Under the pieces are notes generated by a model. It worked only from the letters and a program-made list of their open reading frames with translations, made no database searches and had not been told where the DNA came from. Shown one piece after another: positions 54,025-64,000 of a DNA stretch of 64,000 nucleotides. Made by a program: the position numbers and the translations under genes. The DNA comes from Octopus vulgaris (Eukaryota), in assembly GCA_951406725.2 (NCBI GenBank), contig OX597833.1, positions 50,282,001 through 50,346,000 on the forward strand, in the 5' to 3' direction. Numbering within the stretch: the stretch's first letter is position 1; each line of letters opens with the position of its first letter.

Positions 54025-54657
54025 CACACAGACACATACACACACACACACACATACATATATATATGTGTGTGTGCACACATACCTGACTACTCATATT
54101 TTCATATCATATATGTTTACATATGTACATATAAACATAAATAAATACATACAAACACACACATAGACGCATACATACATACATACATACATACATACAT
54201 ACATACATACATACATACATACATACATACATACATACATACATAGATACATACATAGATACACGTGCATTCCTAGAAAGGAAATTTTTTCTCGTCAACG
54301 TCCCCTCTAACTCTACACTTAAATAGAACTCAAATATTTAATTGACATTAAAGTTGGGAATTTTATTAGGAAACTGATAACAAGTTCTTTGATTTCAATT
54401 ACAGAAGGTTTTTTTGATGGCGAAAGATTTAATTTAATTTATCGAAAATTATTTCTAGAAATGTCAGATGTTCATAGAAGCAAGCGCCGACACGGCGTGT
54501 GTAGTTAGGAGATTCGCTTTGCAGAAAAGCGATTCCAGGTTCGGTCTTACAGTGCAACACTTAGGGCATTTGCATTTTACTATAATGTCAAGTTGTCGTC
54601 TAGGAAGCCGAGAGCCAAACACCCCTACACACGTCCCCATATATATATGTATATATG

Positions 54658-54728
<71 letters not shown>

Positions 54729-54786
54729 GTCTCTCTGTCTTTTCTGTCTGTCTGTCTGTCTGTATGTATGTAAGTATGTATATATA

Positions 54787-56130
54787 TTGGGTTAGCAACT
54801 TAATTCCCACCCTTTTTTAAAATTTCATATTTTTAAAGGTTTGATTTAAAAAAATAACAACTAATTAATCAATAATGTATTCACCCTTGTTGTTTACAAC
54901 TTCTTCCCAATGTTCAACAAGATTTTCAATACCTCGTTGATAGAAATCACCTGATTTCGACTCGAAAAATTGATCCAACCAAGCTCTCGATTCTGCATCA
55001 GTATTGAACGAAACTCCGCGCATAACATTTGAAAGAGATCGAAAGCGGTGGAAATCCATTGGTCCCAAATCAGGAGAGTATGGCGGGTGTGGCAGCACTT
55101 CCCAGCCATGCGTTTGAATGGCTTCTTTGGTCATAATGGCGATATGAGGGCGGGCGTTGTCGTGCAGCAGCAGAACTCCATGTTGCCGATTAGGTTTTTT
55201 CTCTTGAATAGCCGTGTTGAGCCGTTCCATCTGTTGAACATAGTGTTCCACGTTGACCGTTTGGTTCCGTTCAAGCAATTCGTAATGGATAATCCCTTCC
55301 CAGTACCACCATACGCACAACATCGTTTTACGCGGATGAAGATCATGTTTCACGCGCGGTGTTGCTTGTTTACCGGGTCTAAGCCATTCCTTACGCTGCT
55401 TTATATTGATGTACAGGCACAATTTTTCGTCGCCAGTAAAGAAATCTGTTTCTTTATTACCCACAAGGGGCTAAACACAGAGGGGACAAACAAGGACAGA
55501 CATAGGTATTAAGTCGATAACATCGACCCCAGTGCCTAACTGGTACTTAATTTATCGACCCCGAAAGGATGAAAGGCAAAGTCGACCTCGGCGGAATTTG
55601 AACTCACAACGTAACGCAGACGAAATACCGCTAAGTATTTCGCCTGGCGTGCTAACGTTTCTGCCAGCTCGCCGCCTTATTCGGTAAAGAAATCGTTGCT
55701 TGTGTCGAAGAGTTGGGCGGTGACGAGCAAGCAAACCAGCGGAGTTTGTAGCTCGTTGATTATTGTTGTTGTCACTTAAAGCATGCAAGACTCATGCTCC
55801 ATACTTCCGAACATTTCCCATCGAGTGAAGATGCTTCCCTATCGCAGTGTGGGAGCATCCCATTATCTCTACCAGTTCCCTTGTCGTTTGACGAGAATTT
55901 TAGTGCAAAAGTTGGTTTAATCGCTCTTCATCGAACTCAACTGGAGGGCCAGAACCTGTGCGTCTTTGAAGTCAAAATTTCCATTTTTGAACTTGGCATA
56001 CCATCCCGAGCGTTTCTTTCAGCTATGGCATCCTCTCCATACAAAGCACAAATGTCGCGAGCAGCTTTTGTGGCCTTAGAACCTTGATTAAAAGCGAAAA
56101 GAAGGTGTCGAAAATGCTCATTTTTCTTAA
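54787..56130 (-). mobile_element. Mariner (DD34D) transposon with a decayed transposase, interrupted by a SINE; 5' TIR lost
   Basis: EHFRHLL.FAFNQGSKA..AARDIC.LYG...; TGDEK; LHPRKTMLCVWW; HDNARPH-...-HPPYSPDLGPMDFH; TA-TTGGGTTAGCAAC terminal repeat. Confidence 0.93.
55447..55680 (-). mobile_element. SINE family B inserted in the mariner transposase just before TGDEK
   Basis: Full copy; GTAAAGAAATC is duplicated at 55436-55446 and 55684-55694. Confidence 0.92.
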
Positions 56131-57074
56131 TCATGTGGTTGGGTAGCAAGCTTTTTACCACACAATCACGTCTGCGCCTAGCAAGCTTCTAAAAAAAATA
56201 ATTAGCTTTGTGGTTAAGAAGTCCGCTTTGCAGCTATGTGGTTTCGGATTCAATCTTAGATACCTTAGGCAAGTATTTTCTACTCTAACACCGAAGGACT
56301 GAATGACGCGTTTGGAGTGAATTGAATTTGGTTGACGGAAACTGAAAGGAGCTCTGAATCCAGAACCTCAATGCTGCAAAGCAAGTTTCTTTAATGACTC
56401 AATTACGTTTGTGATTTACGTTTCAACTGACCAGTTTTTCTCAGAGAACTTCCAGCTCTAAGTTTATGGACAATTTCTACAGACACTTTATGTGTTAGTA
56501 CGATCAGTGAGCATTGCCCGTTCTTGATAAATTCTACAGGTATGACGTCTCCGTCATCAAGATACACACACCATTCTGAACAGTGCTGTCTTGTCGAGTC
56601 ATATCGAATAGACGTTTTGTGTAGGGTGAATCCTGCTGCCTGTGGGTTTTATTATGAAGACTGCCTCATTGCTTTTCTTTGTCAGGAAGGGCAGGGTAAT
56701 TTCCTTTAACCAGTCTAGGACCGAAAGGGACGTGTCGTGGATAAGAGAGAGAACACATGAAATGATTTTATTTTTCTATGGCAAAGTCCTTAATAGCATA
56801 TTCAGGATAGATGGTTAAATACACAGTGTGAAGCGTCCATCGGTCATTTACCATGTTGTGACGGTTGAAACGACGGGCGTTTTTTCTCTAGTTTTCCTTC
56901 TTTGTTCTTTTCGCTTCATAGCGAGTCTATATTTCGGGAGAAGAATGAATAATCGAAACGTTAAAGACATTTCCTTCATAATTTTTGTTATAAACTAATA
57001 CTGCCTTTGAGTTATATTTATTATAAATTTACAGCATATATATTTACACACATATATACATATATACATACACA

Positions 57075-57383
57075 GTGGAGGCGCAATGGCCTAGTGGTTA
57101 GGGCAGCAGAGTCGCGGTCGTCGGATCGCGGTTTCAATTCCCAGACCGGGCGTTGTGAGTGTTTATTGAGCGAAAACACCTAAAAGCTCCACGAGGCTCC
57201 GGCAGGGGATGGTGGTGATCCCTGCTGTACTCTTTCACCACTCTTTCTCCCACTCTTTCATCTGTCGGCCTGCTCGCTTAGCCAGCGGGGTGGCGCCATT
57301 CGAAGGCTAAAACAATGCGAATGCATTGTGACCAGCGATGTGTAACTACATCTGATGGTCTGGTCGGTCACGTGATCACGTGA
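57075..57383 (+). mobile_element. tRNA-derived SINE family C, second tail type ending (TCACGTGA)2
   Basis: A-box TGGCCTAGTGG, B-box GTTTCAATTCCC; head shared with the 16634 copy, tail shared with 60505-60618. Confidence 0.8.
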
Positions 57384-58033
57384 TATACATACACATATAC
57401 ACATACACGCATACATATACACACATATACATACATACACACATACATACATACATACATGCATACATACATACATACACACACATACATACATACATAC
57501 ATACATACATGCATACATACATACATACATACATACATACATACATACATACATACATACATACATACATACACACCAGTGATCCGTGCCCTCAATGAAC
57601 ATTCAATGCCATTCAGCAGCCATTTTAGTTTCATTATATTGAGTTAAATATGAACGACAACCCATCAGTTCGCTTTTTCTTCCTGCTCTCCCTCTCTCTC
57701 ACTCTTTCCCCTCTCCCTCCATTTCTGCCCTTCTCTCTCTCATACAGTCTCTCGGTAGTAAATCCATGTCTATTGATTCACATTTTAGTTAAGTAACGCA
57801 ACTGGAACTCTGGAACAATACAGCAAACAACATTATGTTCAATGTAGACAGTGGAGACGGTTATGCATTGATCAGAGTCGGGGACATGTAGGCTGGAATA
57901 TTTCTGTATACTAACTTGTACTATCACAAGCCAGAGGTTGAATGGGGACCACTGCACTTCATGCAATTACTTTATATCGACTACACATATACAGATACAT
58001 GATTAGATGCAGAAGCGCATACGAGATAAATAG

Positions 58034-58104
<71 letters not shown>

Positions 58105-58151
58105 TATATATATATATATAGATAGATAGATAGATAGATAGATCGATATAT

Positions 58152-58270
<119 letters not shown>

Positions 58271-59015
58271 CGAGCACATCCAAGTCTATACATGCACGCT
58301 CATACGCACACGACAAGCATATCTCAATCACCGATATGAGATATAATAGTTGAGACACCATCCCGCTTCCAAACAGGTTACATCGTTGCATTGATTACTT
58401 GTATATGTTATGGGGAAAACTATTCAAGCAAATACACATGTAAATCGCTAACGCAGCGGTTTATTTTGTCGTTTGCTCCAGACTCAAACAGGATACAGTC
58501 ATGCCAAACGAGAAATTCTTCGCTCAAGTTATGCCGAACGCCTGGCACGTTTTTGCCAAGTCGTGCGTATATACATACCCCAACACATAACTGATAGACT
58601 AAGAGATATGATAAAAAAAAACTTGTGCTCCAATCATTTCTTTTCTGCCCATTCTTGATACGAACGCAGACGATAAGTGCAATAGTACAATTTCTCTTGC
58701 CGTAATTTCTCTCTGATATTTTTATTATTTATTTCCCTCTTTACATTCTTAATTTCGACCAGTAATGGGTTTGATATTCGAAACGGTTATTTTCCACTCG
58801 AGTGCCTGTTATTTCGTCTAGAAAATCGTATCATTTTATTGATTGCTGATGGTTTCTTGCTGAAGGTGTGAACACAAATTTAGAAAACTGTTCATTCCAT
58901 CACATTAGCCGGGAACATGGCGGACGATAAGACAATTATTTACATTTTCTTGCAGATGTATATGCGAACAAACACACGTATACTCGCATGTGTAGACTAC
59001 ACACACAGACACACA

Positions 59016-59060
<45 letters not shown>

Positions 59061-59079
59061 ACACACTCACACGCACACC

Positions 59080-59124
<45 letters not shown>

Positions 59125-59282
59125 GCATACACATATAATACATAACTATATGTGAGCGATGTGTACATGTACGCATGTGTGTGTATGTTTCTGTTTATAT
59201 ATATATGTATAAATGTATGTAGATTTGCAAGTATGCATATACATTTTAATGCATATAGTCTCACACGCCAATATTTATCTAC

Positions 59283-59369
<87 letters not shown>

Positions 59370-59514
59370 CCTACCTACCTACCTACCTACCTACCTACCA
59401 ATCTATCTATCTACCTATCTACCTATCTATCTATCTATCTATCTATCTGTCTGTCTATCTCCCTGTCTCTGTCTCTCTCTGTCTCTCTCTCTCTGTCTCT
59501 CTCTCTGTCTCTCT

Positions 59515-59611
<97 letters not shown>

Positions 59612-60232
59612 AATATATATAACTCAAGAAAAAATCAGACTATAAGAGTAAAAATACTGAAACACTAACGAACTAACAACAAGTAATGAATTTTCATCTA
59701 AAATTTTAATTTAAAAGATTTTTATAAAATAAAGTCTCTAAAGCACGTTTATGAAAAGCAGACGTGCCCATGTAGTGTCGTATTCATGCCTATATGCACA
59801 CACCTCCACGGCCAATGAGGCGTAGCGTTATTATGTATGACTGAATGAATAATAACTATATGAATATCGTTTTTGATTGTAAGCATGCCGTATTTCTGCG
59901 TAGCATTGTATATACTAGTCTATGTGTGTGTGGCAAGCATAGACAATACGTCAATATAACATTGCGTATATATTGTTCATATATACGCACAATAGCTAAG
60001 ATTTTCTGGATGGGATTAGCTTATTGTATTCACAGCTGTATTTCGTAGTATTTCAGTTTATCAATCCTGGACGGACGAAATGCAAAGTTGACACAAGGAT
60101 TTTAACGAGGCCCAGAAATAGTTCTACTAAGCATATTTACCGATGACCTAACGATTCAGATATTTAATATTTCACTTTGCCTTTTACGTGTACTAGTGTA
60201 AAATAATATGCTCAACAGTATGTTCTTTCATA

Positions 60233-60318
<86 letters not shown>

Positions 60319-60464
60319 GCAATAAAATAACAAGGTAAAAGTTTTTATTTTTCATTCCCTTCGGAAATTGCTCTTAAATGTGGTTTTGGTCGTTTTGACT
60401 GCTTCTTCTAGCGTGTAAAAATTACCTGTTAAGGGTAGTTTTTTTCTTGTGTTTAATTGTACAC

Positions 60465-60504
<40 letters not shown>

Positions 60505-60507
<3 letters not shown>

Positions 60508-60618
60508 CTGCTCGCTTAGCCAGCGGGGTGGCGTCATTCGAAGGCTAAAACAATGCGAACGCATTGTGACCAGCGATGTGTAACATCTGATGGTCTGGTC
60601 GGTCACGTGATCACGTGA
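60505..60618 (+). mobile_element. Isolated 3' tail of family C SINE or of its partner LINE
   Basis: Near-identical to 57267-57383. Confidence 0.8.
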
Positions 60619-60639
60619 TATATATATATATATGTATAT

Positions 60640-61030
60640 ACGTTTTAGTCATCAGACTGCAGCCATGCTGGGGCACCGCCTTGAAGAATTTTCGGTCAAA
60701 TGAATCGACCCCAGCACTTTTTAAAAGTCCGCTACTTACGCTATCGGTTTTTTGTTTTTGCTGAACCGCCAAGTTACAAGTACGTAGACACATCAACACT
60801 GGTTGTCATGCAGTGGTGAGGGACAAACACATACATAAAGACTCACATAGATATATAAATATACATATACAGCGGGCTTCTTTCAGTTTCTGTCTATCAA
60901 ATCTCCTCACAAAGTTTTAGTCGGCCCAAGGCTATAGTAGAAGACACTTGCCCAAGGTACCACGCAATGGGACTGAACCCAGAACCATGTGGCTGGGAAG
61001 TAAGCTTCTTACCACATAGCCACGCCTGGG
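60640..61030 (-). mobile_element. SINE family A, diverged full length
   Basis: Tail-to-head match. Confidence 0.85.
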
Positions 61031-61065
61031 CCTTGTTGAAAAATTCCTGGGGTAGACTTTTCCAA

Positions 61066-61290
61066 GATGACAGAACCGTTAGCATGCCGGGCGAAATGCG
61101 TAGCTGTATTTCGTCTGCCGTTACGTTCTGAGTTAAAATTCCGCCGAGGTCGACTTTGCTTTTCATCATTTCGGGGTTGATAAATTTAGTACCAGTTACG
61201 CACTGGGGTCGATATAATCGACTTAATCCGTTTGTCTGTCCTTGTTTGTCCTCTCTGTGTTTAGCCCCTTGTAGGTAGTAAAGAAATAGG
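61066..61290 (+). mobile_element. SINE family B
   Basis: Head, Meta core and GTAAAGAAATAGG tail. Confidence 0.88.
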
Positions 61291-61339
61291 TAATCTCTTA
61301 TATACAATCCACGATGAGTATTTATTGTGAATGAATAAA

Positions 61340-63010
61340 AACATGATATTTTACCTTTGGTGACCAGTGGTTGGTTGGAAGCATTCTTTGCTTTTTGTTC
61401 AGTTGATAAAATGACTGCTTTACTGATTTTGTGCCATGTTTCTTGAGAAATGATGATAATATTAGATGCAGAGTCAAGTTGTAAGCATATATCATATCCA
61501 TCTATCTCTGAGGCAATAAATATACTTCCAGGTGATACTTGTTAGGTGATTTCCCCGTTTAATGTGACATAGACTTCATTTGAAATAATACTTTCTGCGA
61601 CTGAATCGGATTCAATGACTTTTACTGTGTTCCTGGAATGAACAGGATAGTAGCAGTAGCCATTTTTATGTCCATAATTGTGACATCTGAGATATTTTTT
61701 TGTTCCTATGAGAACAATAATTTGCATAGTACCACTCGTCACAGTTCCATCATGCATTTGGAAGGCATCACCCTAGTTGTCATAAATGCTTAAGTCGGTT
61801 TTGAATTCTGTGAACTCCAGCTTTGTTCCTTTGCGGTAAGTGGTTTTAACTATTTCATTTCCTGCAGGATTTTGTGTTATTTGAATATCATGCTTAATAT
61901 TAACTAATCGTTGACAGTCACTTGTTAATTGTTGTACGGTACTGTCGTCTGATAAGGCGGCGAGCTGACAGAAACGTTAGCACGCCGGGCGAAATGCGTA
62001 GCGGTATTTCGTCTGCTGTTACGTTCTGAGTTCAAATTCCGCTGAGGTCGACTTTGCCTTTCATCCTTTCGGGGTCGAATAAATAAGTACCAGTTACACA
62101 CTGGGGTCGATATAATCGACTTAATCCGTTTGTCTGTCCTTGTTTGTCCTCTCTGTGTTGAGCCCCTTGTGGGTAGTAAAGAAATAGGTATTTCGTCTGC
62201 CGTTACGTGCTGAGTTCAAATTCCGCCAAGGTCGACTTTGCCTTTCATCCTTTCGGGGTCGATTAAATAAGTACCAGTTACACACTGGGGTCGATATAAT
62301 AGACTTGATCCGTTTATCTGTCCTTGTTTGTCCCTTCTGTGTTTAGCCCCTTGTGGGTAGTAAAGAAATAGAAATAGGTACTGTCGTCTGCTGTATCCAA
62401 TGCGTCAGATCAAATACGAAAATTAAAATTTTAAATTGGTCATCAGTCATTGTCTGTCTATTAAATTTTTCGCATTCTTTGCTTATACGGCCAGCATTTG
62501 CAATAAAATCGTCTTCCAGGCGTTTTTCGAATTTCGAACATTTATATTTGATGTTAAACATTGAAAATGTCTTACCAAGCATGTTTGTAAGTCGGCCCAT
62601 CGTAGTTTTAAAGTCAAATTCATTAGAATGTTTCGGTAAGACAAAATTAAAGTACTTGTTGCTTTCAATGCTGCCTAATTTTCGCTATAGTTGTCTTACC
62701 TAACTTGAATCATTCAGTTCCGATGCTTAAATGACGAAAAGATCTTGATGACGGTTATATCAGGATGCAAAAGTTGGTTCGTTTGTTCATCATATTGAAA
62801 AGTAGGAAACTTGTCGAAAATATTCGAAGTGATGCTCCGTTGATTGTTAATCGATATAGTTGGATTTGAGTGCACAGGCTTTCATACTAAAGCTGTTAAA
62901 ATATTTAATTGCTGCTTGTCACTTTATTTTTGCATTTCTTGGGAGTCTTGCTGCATGCGCAACAAGTTGATGAAAGCTGCAGTACCTTCCATTTATCACT
63001 CATAGCCAAA
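61340..63010 (-). mobile_element. Degenerate Gypsy/Ty3 LTR retrotransposon gag-protease region
   Basis: RKLGSIE..KY.NFVLPK...F..T...LT.ML...SMFNIKYKC...EDDF...AG.I..ECEKF....MTDDQFKILIFV (gag); RCHNYGHKNGYC (zinc knuckle); LQLDSASNIIIISQETWHKI (aspartic protease); many stops. Confidence 0.8.
61952..62376 (+). mobile_element. SINE family B dimer inserted in Gypsy gag with a 14-bp TSD
   Basis: TSD GGTACTGTCGTCTG at 61938-61951 and 62377-62390; the second monomer starts at internal GGTATTTCGTCTG (~62187). Confidence 0.92.
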
Positions 63011-63141
63011 TAATGCTGTAACTAAGAACGATAAGGATATTTTACTAAGAGAATGATTTTATTAACGAACGAAAAACATTGTAATAATTCCAAAACGAAG
63101 CGTAAAATGGTAAACTATAATGCCAATGCAGTTGTTCTATA

Positions 63142-63225
63142 ACTGCGTGGCACCTTGGGCAAGTGTCTTCTATTATAGCCTCGGGCCGACCAAAGCCTTG
63201 TGAGTGGATTTGGTAGATATGTGTG

Positions 63226-63265
<40 letters not shown>

Positions 63266-63267
63266 AT

Positions 63268-63306
<39 letters not shown>

Positions 63307-63520
63307 ATGTTTGTGTGTCTGTGTTTGTCCCCCACAACATCGCCTGACAACCGATTCTGGTATGTTTACGTCCCCGTAGCCTAGCGGTTCGGCAAAAGGG
63401 ACCGATAGAATAAGTACTAGGCTTACAAAGAATAAGTCCTGGAGTCGATTTTCTCGACTAAAGGCGGTGCTTCAGCATGGCCATAGTCACATGACTGAAA
63501 CAAGTAAAAGAGTAAAAGAG
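63142..63520 (+). mobile_element. SINE family A, 5'-truncated
   Basis: Body and tail match. Confidence 0.88.
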
Positions 63521-64000
63521 TAATTATTTACATTATTTACATCATTTACAAGATGAGGACAAATATACATCGAATGTAAATAATGTAAATAATGTATATA
63601 ATTCCAATGGTCCACAATGTAAATGAATAAAACTGTACTAAAAACAAAGGCCCAGAGGTGCAAAAGAGCAAATCCATAAAAAAGGTCAATGTATTAAAAA
63701 AAAAAGTCACCTGATAGAGTCAAGGTGTCACACGGTTGGATGAATTGATGCAAGCTAAAATAATAATTGATGTTGGAGTAGGAAAACGTCACATGATAGT
63801 ATCGTGTCATATGATTGGATGAAAGAAAATAAACAAATTATAAAGAATCTTTTGTGTCGTGACAACTGTGGTTGTTTCATCTGTAGACAATACTTTCCTC
63901 GTTCTACACGCATCTCGGACAAACTTGTTTGATAGCACATATATATTCGCATTGTGTTTACTTTAACATTTCAATATTTCTACTCCAGGTGGCAACATTT

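Noticed and set aside
54865-55464. Intact or domesticated transposase gene (and the antisense ORF at 55048-55512)
   Set aside because: The start codon comes from the inserted SINE, the N-terminal half has frameshifts and stops, and the antisense ORF is its shadow
57075-57150. tRNA gene (also 16634, 25728 and the family A heads)
   Set aside because: A/B boxes are present but I could not fold a clean cloverleaf or find a T-run terminator; each continues into a SINE body
58391-58658. THAP-like zinc finger (LCSNHF)
   Set aside because: The conserved C, W and AVP positions cannot be placed in one frame; the match is too weak

Overview
This is AT-rich, repeat-saturated eukaryotic DNA. The SINE families and the extreme microsatellite density point to a coleoid cephalopod, most likely Octopus; this is inferred from recalled repeat sequences, not from a database search. 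Almost all ORFs in the supplied track are translations of microsatellites or SINEs. Supportable content: (1) about 30 copies of a CORE-like tRNA-SINE (family A) with an internal microsatellite, about 14 copies of a Meta/MESC-domain SINE (family B), and three minor tRNA-SINE families. (2) Fossils of Tc1/mariner (DD34D, DD37D, DD41D), RTE/BovB, CR1-group, Penelope-like and Gypsy elements, several of them nested with readable target-site duplications. (3) Two GG-terminated MITE-like elements. (4) One credible host exon on the minus strand (21698-21794) encoding a signal-peptide-like N-terminus, next to a 1.6-kb trinucleotide mosaic that may be its 5' UTR/promoter. The most unusual structure is at 52112-53957. 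There a nearly invariant 545-bp unit is repeated in tandem and then folded back into a 676-bp-arm palindrome, inserted in (TA)n. Each full unit carries a type I hammerhead-ribozyme-like motif, so it is a candidate retrozyme or Penelope pseudo-LTR element. Coordinates were counted by eye and may be off by a few bases, more so for degenerate repeats.
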